Source: Raillietiella orientalis
Taxonomy: Eukaryota
Direction: 5' to 3'
DNA: 64,000 nt
Assembly: GCA_036172245.1 (NCBI GenBank)
Contig: JAYWIR010000009.1
Span: 1,178,001-1,242,000 of the forward strand
Within the stretch, counting starts at the first letter, position 1; every line of letters begins with the position of its first letter. This document shows, piece after piece, positions 50,613 to 61,750 of the stretch. Position numbers and translations under genes: made by a program. The notes beneath the pieces were generated by a model. That model searched no databases and was not told where the DNA came from. It saw only the letters and a program-made list of their open reading frames with translations.

Positions 50613-50649
50613 CTACACTTTGATCTTAGCCAAAAGGCCGAAAAGCGAT
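50613..50649 (-). ncRNA. U2: U2 snRNA 5' fragment (nt 1-37), interrupted by a retrotransposon
   Basis: Minus strand ATCGCTTTTCGGCCTTTTGGCTAAGATCAAAGTGTAG matches the conserved U2 5' end (ATCGCTTCTCGGCCTTTTGGCTAAGATCA(A)AGTGTAG) with one substitution. The continuation TATCTGTTCTT is absent. Confidence 0.93.
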
Positions 50650-50779
50650 TTTTTGTGCGTAACTCCTATACAGTCCTGCTCGTTTCCAGCGGATCTCTGG
50701 AGATTGTAATACACCCACGCAATGGGTGTAGGACTTTTCCAAGTTCGTACACCCATTGCGCGATCACTCTTCACTATTT

Positions 50780-52150
50780 CACTAAGCCCGGCTGCCATCG
50801 CTAGCTCTCCCCGACTGATAAGTCGGAGATCATCAAAGGATATCTCAGAACTGCAGACTAGCTGCTCGAAAGAAGTTTTTCCTAGTCCTGGCTCATTTCT
50901 CCGATGGTCCTGTACCCAAACCCTCCCGAGGCCTCATCAGGAGTTGGGGATGATTCACATCAGAGATCTCTCTCCAGGACAGGTGAGTCCGACGGTGTCC
51001 TTTCCCATATCGAACATTATGATCGACTAAGACCCTTCTTGAACCGAAGCCATTCCGCATCCAGGTCAGCACACCTATGTCTTCCAGGGCGATCTCCCGT
51101 CGCCCCCCAAACTAGAACTCCTGGCGGCAGGAGGCGTTGGAGTCGTAGGTGGCCACTCTGGAAGTGCATCCAGATGAACTGAGCCCGCTGCAGAAACACC
51201 TATGCAAACAGCCGGGAGACCTCCTGCAGGGACTCCGCGCAGTGGCCCCATTTGCCGGCACACCCCTTGCCTCAGCACTGTCTGCCCTCAGGGCAAACGA
51301 TGGCAGCAGCCAACCAGCAGGAGTGGGAGTGTTCCTGCACCATGGCAAGAGTCGAGAAACTGCTTGACGGCAGCAAGACAAGCGAGCTGGTCGACGGCGC
51401 CACTCCTCGTTCCCGGGCGGGCTTCCTCGTTCTCCTCCGGTGGGGAGAGAGACCTGCTTGGCGTGCTCCCGGAAAACTCGTGGCCTTTCTTCTGTGTGCG
51501 GACAACGCAGTGCTCCCGCTGCAGTGGAAACGGGGTGTCCTGCTGCTTCTTCTGTACTGAGGGGATCCCAGTGCTACCAGCGTAGACACCTGGTTTCCTG
51601 CGGACTTGTCGCCTCACCGAACTGTTCCAGGTGCAGGGAGATGGGGTCGTCCCCCTGTTGGGCTGCAGCTCCCTGGAGGACATGTGGCGGATACGAGTAT
51701 GCGCCACATGTCCTCCAAACTATCTTAAACGATCCGTCACCCGGAGGACACCCAGCGGAGGACACGACTAAGACCTGCTGCGGTGCTTTTTTAGTCGAGG
51801 TGGACTGGCGGTGGGAGCCGTGATAGGAACGAGATGCTGCATCCGCGTCGTGGTGACAGTCCGCCATATTTCGAAGTCAAGGTGGCAGCGAAAGGAGACC
51901 ATCAGCATGACAGCCACCTTCCTGGGGGCGGCTGCGAAGAGGCCTCACCTGCAAGAAGAAGCCTCCATGGAGATCGTCAGCATTCAGCGCCAACTGTAAG
52001 AAGAGAGGAGCAGTTGGAACCAAAGAACCTTGTCCTTTCTCTCCCACTCCCGACTCTGTTAGAAGTCGGTCTGCGTGCCTGTGGTCATTTCCAATCAACT
52101 TCTTTTTTTTGTGTGACAAAATTGTAATTTATTTATTTTTAAATAAATGT
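50780..52150 (+). mobile_element. Tx1/L1-type ORF2 3' part and 3' UTR, copy C
   Basis: TLPRPHQELGMIHI (~post-RT 'LxxPxxxGGLG') at ~50920, a frameshifted zf-RVT region, a 3' UTR similar to copy B, and AATAAA at ~52142. Confidence 0.75.
51102..51976. repeat. 875-bp inverted repeat, right arm
   Basis: Reverse complement of 44023-44897. Confidence 0.97.
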
Positions 52151-52199
52151 CCCGGAAGGATCCCGGGTGTATTTAAGCAAGAGCTGTGTCACCGGAACA

Positions 52200-52800
52200 C
52201 CTAAGTGGGAGCATGATCTCCCAGGCAGTCAACCGATCTGTGGGTGCCGATGTGTGGCATTTTTGCTACACCTTCGCGGCACCGATACGCAACCCATGGT
52301 CCACGCGCGTGCGTCTTTCGAAGCCACGGATCTGCTGGCACTGTGCCTTTGTGCGTGCAGAGAATGGACACCCGGGTCACCACACGTCGAAGACGATAAT
52401 AACGCGGACGCGGAAATCAGGAGGTTGTTCTCGGGCGGCACTTGCTCCCCGCGACTTCCGGCAGCGAAGGCTCATCTTTTGGGAAGAGCTTGTTGCTTTC
52501 CCTTTCTCCACCGACCTCTTTATTCCACCTTCGATCCCACTGAAGTCGGACCGACGTTCTGTAGTCTCCCGAGGGTCGGTCACTGGCTCCATATAAAGCA
52601 GATGGCAGCACTCGGCGAACGGGGAAGTCGAAGAACCAGGAAATGAGCTCCTCGGAATTCGAAGGCGGACAGATTCCGCGATCCCATGCCGCGCCGAGTC
52701 CTCCACGGTGAGAAGAGCTCGTTCTTGCCATCAGCGTCGGCCCACATTCCCCTTCTCATCCCGCCCACAGTCTGCATTCCTGGATGCAGAAGGAGGGACC
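52200..52800 (-). mobile_element. Possible Tx1-type ORF1 remnant
   Basis: PVRRVLPSALYG...GDYRTSVRL and VFDVW*PG resemble Tx1 ORF1 context. Weak. Confidence 0.3.
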
Positions 52801-53434
52801 TCAGTTGTGGTTCCATCGAAGCATCATCTTAGTTTTTGCGTTAGTTGTGTCGCCCCCGCTTGAGCTTGAGCTAAACGAAGATGAACCAGCAGTTTCCTCG
52901 AAGCTAATCGCCCCGATATGGACGCGTGACTTCCTGATCGCGCGCGCGCGACCGCTTGTCGGAGGTCGAGGGCTCTGGGAATTGGCCGGCGGGCATGCTT
53001 CCGGCGGGTTGGCGAAAAGGCTCTGCCCTAACTTTTCCAGAAGCGGCCACGGGAAAGCATCACCCGGCGCGTGTGACGTCACGCCGATCCCCGACGAAGC
53101 CACCCGCTTTTCAAGTCTCCTTTCCCTATTGAATCTGCTTCCATCTCTGCCTCGATTTCTGCCGCTCCATCAGTCCCCTGGCATGCGGATGACACAGGCG
53201 GACTTGAGAAACTCCTCTTCTCCACGGGTCAGTGGACGCAAGGCCATGCTCCCCCTAGTGAAACGAAAACTACAACCGCTGGCAAACCGTTGTAGAGACC
53301 TCTGCATCTTTCCGCTTTTCCGTTCGGATCCTGTGGCTCAGTGAGGGACGACCCCTTATGGCTGGTGTTTGCGCTCAAGGAAGGAAGTTACGTCGAGGAC
53401 GGACGAGGAGAGATGCACGGTGGCCTTCCGCAGG

Positions 53435-56400
53435 ATGGCCGCACGCAGCGGACCAATGCCCTCTCCGAAGACTTTGAGAGGCCGCCTGCCTTTCTTTCTC
53501 GTGGAAGTGAGGACCTGGTCATTGCTCCTGCTTTCCTCTAGTCCTTACCGCAAATCTCTGTGCTCCTTCTTTCTTCCCCTTCTGGTCGTCACCCTCTGCC
53601 GCGTGTCCTCCGAAGAGAGAGACGCCGGCATGCCCACGTGCATCGAGAACGGAGTCCTCGCGTGCTCCGAGAACTTCCGGTGTTTCCTCCACTTCTTCCT
53701 GCTTGCGTTTTACGGGAAGCGTTTCGTAAATCCATTCTTCCTTTTCTATCGCCTCTGTATTTCTACTCCTTGTCTTCTCCTCTTCCTCCTCCTGCCCTCC
53801 TCCATCTATTCACCGTCTTCCCTACTTCCTTCCCCTCCTCCTCCTCTTCGTCTTCCCTACTTCTACCTCCTCCTCCTTTTCCTCCTTCATTTCCTCGTCT
53901 TCTCTTCTACCCCTCGACAGTCCCACGTCGCGTTCTCCGCCTGCGGCGGTCATCTTCCGTCTGCCTTAGCTGGGGAAGGTCCCAGGACGGTTACTGCAGG
54001 TCAGCTGCAGGGATGCTCAGGGCAACGGTAAACAGCTGAGCAGGAAGTGGGCAGACGTGCCATAAAGAGGAAGCTTGAAGTGGGAGTAGGGCTCATACCT
54101 CCTTTTCCTTCCTCCCCTTACCCCTCCCCTCCTCCCCACCCCTTCCGTCAACGAACAGAAAGTCGGTGACTCTCTGCATGTAGGCCACGAGCGACAGCCC
54201 TCCCTCCCGCGAGGCCGCTCGCTCGCATTTCCAACCGCTCGCTGTTCTTTCCCTCAGTCTATCCGCTCCTCTCCGGCGGCACGCGCGAGCGCGAGCACCC
54301 ATCCCCAGCATTCGCAGATTGTGCGGTGCGGGCGTGCTGTGGGTGTTCCTAGGATCGGCTCCCGGCGTCCGCCGTCCAGCAGACGTCAGCTCGCATGGAA
54401 TGCCTCCGCGACAAGATCAAGAGGTAAAGAAGCACGCGCGCAGAAGGGCTGAAAAGGGGAGACGCTGAGGACGGCCGCGGCGCGGGGGGGTGGACGTCTT
54501 CCTCTGGAAACAAGGGAAGGTGGGGAGAAACCGGGGAGAGAGCAAGGGTGAGAAGAGGGGTCCACAATCCCTACCCTCGGAGCTGCTATTCCCGCCCCAC
54601 GAAAGACGAGCGAGGAGAGGAGAGCCGCGGCGATTGCGACAAAGCTCTCGGAAGGTTCCATGGCAGCTGACTCGTCGGCCATTCTGGCCACGGTTGCGTA
54701 GGCGGTGCAAGACTAGTGGTCATTGTGAGACTTCCAGGGAGGGTGAGTCGCACTAAGGGAAGAAAGAAAGAAGGACGGCAGTGGGACAGCGTCGCAGGGC
54801 GAGGCAGGAGACGGCGGAGGGAGCACCCATTTTTCCCACCGAGAGGAAGAGGGAGCAGAGAAGGAGAATCAGAGACAGCAAGAGAGCCGGAAGGCATCTC
54901 GCAAGTCTACCCTCCCGACGAACGCTCTCGCGATGCCGTGCCCATGACGACGGAATAAAGGCAGTGGGCTTACCAGTAAAGCAACCCGTCGTGTCAGTCC
55001 GGAAGTGTTTGCCGGGGAAATGGAGGCGGACGCCGGATGGACGAATTCCTTCCCTACCGGTCGAGAAGCTGTTGCGGGAGAGAAAGATGAGGTCGTTTTC
55101 GGCGAGCCGCCACTCGACTGTGCATCGTCGATCCTCGCGAGGAGAAATGCGCGAGCCCCTTCCGGACAACGGCGACCTTTCCTCCTCAACCACACTGTTT
55201 TTCCACCCTGCTTCCGAGACCACCTCACAGGAGTCCTCCTGGTTCTGTCACCTCTCCAGGACAAATCCAAGTTCCACCCTATGCCCTTTCACCTTTCCCT
55301 CCCCTCTTCTTCCTCCCTTCGCTTATCTTTCTCTTCCTCCCACTCCTCCTTTCCTGCTCCTCCATGTCGTCTTACGGTGGGGCAAGGATATCATGATGTC
55401 TATCCGGAGCAGCAGAAGACGAAGTAGAGGAGAAGGAGGAAAAGGAAGTAGAGAAGATAAAGAGGAGGAGGAGGGGTGGAAGAAGTAGACAAGACAGAGA
55501 GGAGTTGGAGGATGGGGAGAAGACGAGGAGAGGAAAGGCAGAGGCGATAGAGAAGGGTAGGTTGGGTTGATGGAACGCCTCTCGTGGAACGCACGCAAGA
55601 GTATGCGGAAAGGAGACTCTCTTCCCTTTTCTCTGTCGGATCCGAAAGAGCCACAAGCGGAGACGAGATGAAATCAGACTCAAAAAGTGGCTGGACGGAC
55701 CGAGGGTGGAAAGGAACCGCGATTAGTTGAGAGAAGTGAAAAACGCGCGGAGGGCTGAACCGAGAATTGGTCGTGCCTTCTTGCTGACTCCCAAACAGCC
55801 TTTCTTTTCTCTCTCTTCTTGCCTAGCACAAGCTGGGAAAGCTCTCAGGAAGGGCTGCCTACCGTCCCTCTTGACGGTCCTCCCTCTCGTTTCTTTTATG
55901 GGGGAGGTGTTGCTGCTGCTGCTGCTAAAGGCTCCCAGAAGACCCGGCAGCAGGCAGCAAGAGCAACTGGAAAAGGCTCCCTAGAAGAACGAGTGGTTCC
56001 GCCATCATCAACATTTTTCCCTGTTTTCGTTTCCTTTTCAGCTTGAGGAAGCACAGCGATTACCACCTCGGCGACGCTTCTGCGGCAGCGGGCAGCAGAG
56101 ACAGGTGGAAGAATGCCGCTGCCATATCCTCGATGGTGAGCGTAGAATCTTTTCATTCTTCACCTATCTCCCGCTTTCCATACCTGCAAACCTTCCTCCG
56201 CAGGATTCTTCGCTGCGCGTCAATCCTTGTTCCTCCGCCTTCAGGAAAAGGGAGCCGCTAAGCTGGGATAAAAATTCCTCCCTTCCTTCTCCTCTCCTTC
56301 CCGGAGCATCTTTTCCAAGAAACCACTGGGGTGGTGTCTGCCTGCCTTCCGGCAAGGTCCCTCGACCTTGCCAGGAGGCCGCGTCGCGTTTTTCACAGGA

Positions 56401-59400
56401 TGCGTCTTTCTGCCGTGAACATGAAGCGGCTGTCGCCCTGCTACTTCACGTTCGTCTCCGCGCGCAGGGACGAGGTGGAATGCGAGGAAGAGGAAAAGGA
56501 AAGGGGGTGAGGACCCTGCTCCCGGAGGAGAAGTCGTCTTTTCTTTTGAGGCTGCAAGGAGGACCGCGTGGCCGGTCGCCTCAGCTGGCGGCCAATCCAT
56601 TGCGCCCTCCCTGCAGCAGGGTTGCCACACGCTTGCTGCATCCCCCTCCCCCTTCTCATCTCCGGGGAGTGTCGACAGCACGCTTTAGAGTCTATCCCCT
56701 CCTTCCCCCCCCCCCCGAAGTGCTCCATCCTTTCAAGAGTCAAACCCGGGGATCGAATAACGGGAGAAACGGTTCCCATGCACCCTTGACCGGTTCTTCT
56801 CGAACTCTCTGTCGCAGTGTGGATCTTTCCGAGGGTGGTCGCATTCCAGGAAAAGCAGCCTCCCGTGTACAACGCCGAGGACTACTCTCGGTTCTTCAAG
56901 AGCTTCCTGGAAACCGACTTACTGCCTCCGCTTCTTCCGAGGAAGGGCGAGCTCAAGAAGAGGGCAGTGTCCCTCGTCAGCAGCGGTCGGAGAAGCGGCC
57001 GCTCTGGAAGGAAGGCGGCGACTGCGAAGGACTCGGTCTTTTCCCGGGAAGAGATGGCCCCGAGACAGCCAGAGTCCCTCTCCGAGCTTCTCAGCAAGCT
57101 CAACATGGATCTCAGGATCGGCTATCCCAGGTGCGTTTGCGGCCGTGTCCCGGGCTCTCCATCCGCATTCCTGGCGCCGTGTCCGGCGTCTTCCCTTCGT
57201 GGGAGACGGGCTGGGTGGCGCAGAGGTCTATCCCGCCTCACCAGGCTGGGTGCTGGAACCGCCGTCAAAAGAAAGAATAAGAAGGTCAATCTGACGACCT
57301 CTGGCAGCAAGATACGGACGGCGATCCTGGAAGGGGGGGTTCGAGGTGCCGCCCGCCCCACACCACCGCTCTCCCTACTGCCTCTCCCCGGGGTCGGCAG
57401 CTTCCATGCATTTCGCCTACCCTCTGCTTTCCAGCTTCCTGAGGGAATTCGTGAGCGAGCCCTGCGAAGGAATGACCCTGCTTGTGGATGCGCTGCGGAG
57501 TCTCCAGCTGGTCCAGGAGAAGAATCTCAGGAGGAACGGCATCTGCTCCTCGAAGGAGCAGTACAGCGAGTACCTGCGCAGCCTGTCTGATGAGTTCAAG
57601 TGCCTTCACTGTCTGAAGTGCTGCGTGTTCCTGGACGAGGCCGCGGTCAGGCTGGCGAGGTACCCGAGGGGCCTCCTGCCCCTGGCCCTGGGCGTCATGA
57701 GCCACGCCCCCAAATCCCGGATTCTGGCGCTGGAGGTGCGGGAGCAAGAAGGGGTGTGGTTGGTTGATTCTAAAGACGAAAGGGGAACATGGGGGGGGGG
57801 GGGCGAAAAGCAGGGCGAAGAAAGAGCAAGCGCCTCTCTATTTCCCCTCCTCTCCCCTCAGGTCATGTGCCGTGTCTGCGAGGTCTCTTCGAGAGGGCAT
57901 CACCAGGTGCTGGAGTCATTCTCGGCCCTCAGGCTGCGCACCTGCGAGCCAGTCCGCTTCAAGTTCCTCGTCGGGCAGCTCCACTGCTCCAATTCCAGGG
58001 CGTTCCAGGTGAGGAGACCCCTTTTCCGTCCCTGTTCCCGAGGACGTCCGCCTTGGGGCAGTTCACCTGCCTGAGGTTCCTCAACCAGCTGGTCGAGGGG
58101 GCGCAGTCCGTCCGGCAGAAGATGTACCTGCAGGGAGAAATCCTGGAAGCTGGAATGGACCTGCACCAGTTGGAAGAGGTGAGGGTTTCGCGCCTTTCCT
58201 CGGGAGCCGGAGGAAAAGGGAGAGGAAGGAGAGCCATGGGATCCCCCTTCGTCCTATCTTGACTGACTAGCCGCCTTCTGAGATATCTGCGCGGAAGAGT
58301 ACATGGCCCTACGGCTCACTCTGCGTCCTCAGACAGACCTCCTCCGCGACCGGGAAAGGATCGCGGAGCCGTTGGCTCCTCAGAATGGAAAAGAGGCGCA
58401 TCCACAGGTTCCCCCTCCCCTCGTGATCGTCGTCGAGAGTAAGTGATCTTCACGGGAACCATGCTGGTCCGGTCCGCGAGCGGCCCCTGCGTGGTCATGT
58501 GATCTCGGCTGCTCCTCCTCCAGGCGCGGCCCAGGCCTCTCACACCGCCAGGCTCCGAACCCCTCGCTCGCGAAGGCTTCCGGAGGCTTTGCCGCAGCGA
58601 AGGGCGCGCCCTCGGAGGAAGCTTGGTTTCGAAGCGGCAGTTTTCTCGTCCCTTCGGTTTTCCGCACCCTTCTCTCTCGTCCTCTTCGCCATCAGGTCGC
58701 GACCGACCCACTCCGTGAGATCGCCTGTCTCCATAGCTCGCGGGTCTCGCTTCGGGCTCCCGGTTCTTCGGCAGGTGGGACCCGCTCTCCTGCCTCCACC
58801 CCTTCCTCCTCCTCCACTTCCTTCTTTTCCCACCTCCACCCTCCCCACGCTTGCCATCCAGGAAGGAACACCGTCCCCTCTCCTCCAGGAGACCGCCGCC
58901 TGCGGATCCCACCTGATGAAGGAGCAGATCGGCCGCTGGCGCGAAAACTTCATCGACGTGAGCGCCATGCTGCACGAGATCTCCCAGCTGCAGAGCAAGA
59001 TGAAAGAAGTGATGCAGGTGCGCTTTCCGGCGGGCGAGGTTGCTCTCACCTCTTCGGTCCTTCTTTCACCCCCTCCCCTCCCTCCCGCCCTTTCTCGTGT
59101 TCAGCAGCTGCACAGGGAGAGAAGCCGCAACTCTGCGGCGGAGACGCACCTGCAGGAGAAGGTGAAAGGCCTCAGGGCAAAGTTAGACTCCCTGGACAAA
59201 AGGGTAGACGGAGTGGCCCAAACCACCTCCACCTTAACGTCCTCTTGTTACTGCCAAGATCGCTCCTTGGATACCCTTCGGGAGCGCCCGCAGCAGTGCA
59301 GCTGCGACCTCTCTGTCGCCGCAGCTTCCAGCGGCGGCGGCAGGGACCACCGGCAGGAAGACGGCGAGCGCGGCAAGGAGGAAGAGGCGGCGCGCTCCCC

Positions 59401-59962
59401 GAGGGGGCGGCTGCCCGACGACTCGTGGGAGGTGACGACCAGCAGCCCTCCGTGCACCAGCGAGACAAGCGATGCGGAGAGCGTCGCCGCTGCTGCTGCC
59501 ACCACCGTCGTCGGCAGCGCCGGCGGCCAAGTGTCGCCGCCGGCGGGGGCCGACGGCCTGGTCGGCAGGTCGACGGATTCGTTCGCCTCCTCTACTCCCG
59601 GGTACGACAGCCACCAGCGGCAGCGCTCCAGAGCCGAAACCGAGCACCACCACCATCACCACCACCACTATCACCATCGCCACCGGGTCGAGGTCGCCTC
59701 CTCCCGCCGCAGGCACGGGGGAACCCAGAGGGGAGGAGGTGCGGTGACCAGGAGCTCGTCGTTCTGCGCGCACCTGCCCGAGGCGGTCCGCTGGCCGCCG
59801 CCGCCGGAGCGCGCACGTTCTCGCGCCAGGCTCCACAGGAGCTTCATCGAGACGGGCCACGGGAACGACGGACGCTACTCCGGGAGCGCCATCGTCCCCA
59901 CACCCGACTACACGTCCGCCTCCTGCAGCTCCCTCCGGGACTGCGTCGGCGCCCTCGGGTAG
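53435..59962 (+). CDS. mwh: Formin GBD/FH3-domain protein without FH1/FH2, Multiple-wing-hairs-like, ~689 aa
   Basis: Phase-consistent exons: 53435-53506, 54353-54423, 56042-56135, 56850-57130, 57435-57735, 57862-58008, 58062-58178, 58889-59017, 59105-59962 (2070 nt). Motifs: PPVYNAEDY; LLSKLNMDLRIGYPSFLREFVSEPCEGMTLL; DEFKCLHCLK; KSRILALEVM; EPVRFKFLV; CLRFLNQLV...KMYLQGEI; then a coiled coil and a low-complexity tail. The first three exons and the mwh orthology are less certain than the GBD/FH3 core. Confidence 0.8.
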
Positions 59963-61512
59963 GGGTGCGGGGCGACCTGGACGCCGCCTCCCAGGGGCGC
60001 GCGAGACCCTCCGGTCGTTTCATCGCGACCGATCGCCCGCGAGCCCCGCGATGGCGGGGCTGTCTACAAGCCTCCCCTACAAGGAGGAACAGCGGAGGAG
60101 GAGGAGGAATGGGAGGGGGATAAGGAGCCTGTCTTCTCCCGCGCTTGGCCCTTCCGCCGCCAGGTGGAGCTTCGTGCCCCTTCCGGTCAGCAGAAGGAGC
60201 CCGAAGACGTGGCGTGGCAAGCAGCAGGGCGGCGTCCGGAAGACGTCGCGAGAAGGCTGAAACGAGGGAGGCAGAGGGCATCCGCAAGGGATGTTGCATC
60301 AGCCCCCCTTCACGTTGCGACAGAGCAGAGTCCTCTCCCTCCCTTCAAAAGGCAACAGAAAGGAAGAAACCGGAAGAGGCATGCTGGCCACCTACGCGGT
60401 CGGAAAGGACTCAGGAGGCTGTGGATGAGGGGTGAGGACCAAGAGGAAAAAACCTCCTCATGCGCGGCGGGGGGCAGCACTCTCTGGAGCTGTTGCGCCA
60501 TTCTTTTCGCAAAGAGGACGGAGGGCGGCGTAGGGGAAAGGCCAACCCTCTGTCTCCATGGCGTTTCTCTTCCGCTCTCCAGTCCTGGGCGCCCCTCTCC
60601 TAATGCTGCTCCCGGAAGGTCACCTCTTCGAGAAGGAACTGACCCTTTCCAGGTGAGGGCCAACTCCTTCGCCCCTCCAGGTGAGGGGCGGAGTGCTCTC
60701 CAGACCTGTCCAGCAAGTCACTGGCCTCCGCCAGAGTCCCTCAGGAGTCTTTGATAGCATTCCCTCCATGATCTCCGACCACAGCAAGCTTCGTTCCCCG
60801 AATTCTCCAGGCTGCACACAGGGAAATTACATCGAGGATGGGCGAACCAGAGCCCAAGGGATCTCTAGAGGAAGAATGTGGTTGACCCAGGGTCAATAAA
60901 GGGCAGCCGGGATGCACTCTTCCAGGAAGTCAGGAGAAGAGGGGAAGAGTAAACTCTGAGGAGTCACGGGGTCACCCCCGGGGCCACTCCATTCTGGAGA
61001 AGGGTAGAAGAAGGTGGTATCCCAGCAGGGTTGGGAGAGAGCGTTGCCATCGACGTGGCGACGCTGCACTGCGACCGTCGCATTGAAAATGGAGGGAGAG
61101 GACGCTGAGAGAGCTACTGCTGCGTGCGGCAAGGGCACGGAGTGCCTTGGAGGAAACTGCCTCGGGCACGGAAAAGTTTCAAGGGGAACGCGAGCTGCAG
61201 GAGGGGGGCAGGAGGAGGGGGCGAGCTGACTCAGGCCGAGAGCAGCACCAGGTTGTAGCGGGGGACGGGCATTCTTGTCCGTAGAAGCGTCCAGGAACGT
61301 TCGGCAAACGCTCGTACGCTGCGCGGGACTCATCTTCTCCCGCGGTGGGAGCAGGTGCCGGATCAGCCTCTCCGGAGCAATGCTGAGGAGCTAGCGAAAG
61401 ACCTCTACCCAACTCGACCTTTTCCTCCCTCTACGTCATTGAGCCGCGTACCTTCTCCATCTCCTCCATGAATGAGTTGCGAAGCTCCTTATCCCAGCAT
61501 CCGTGAGCCAAG

Positions 61513-61750
61513 ATGCTGCTCATCTCCTGGAATATCCGACTCCTTGAGTTACCGAGGACAAGGAGTCGGTTGTGGTGTGCCGTATCGGAAGGGCGAAGAG
61601 CTGGGCGAGCGGTTGCACAAGAACGTTCTCGAATGCATCCGTTTCTTTCGTTCTATCTCCCCTTCTTCCCTTGGGGTGACCTCCTCTCGTGGATGGGGGC
61701 GCAACCCCCGGGCCACCCTAGCCGGTGCAGGATCGCACATCTTGTGACCC
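61513..61750 (+). mobile_element. Start of an APE endonuclease (L1/Tx1-type ORF2), truncated
   Basis: MLLISWNIRLL...RAVAQE matches 'ISWNIRGL...LQE'. The upstream ~60500-61470 may be its ORF1. Confidence 0.55.

Noticed and set aside
56105..57280. 391-aa ORF
   Set aside because: Out-of-frame read-through of GC-rich intron and exon sequence of the mwh-like gene, with no domain features.
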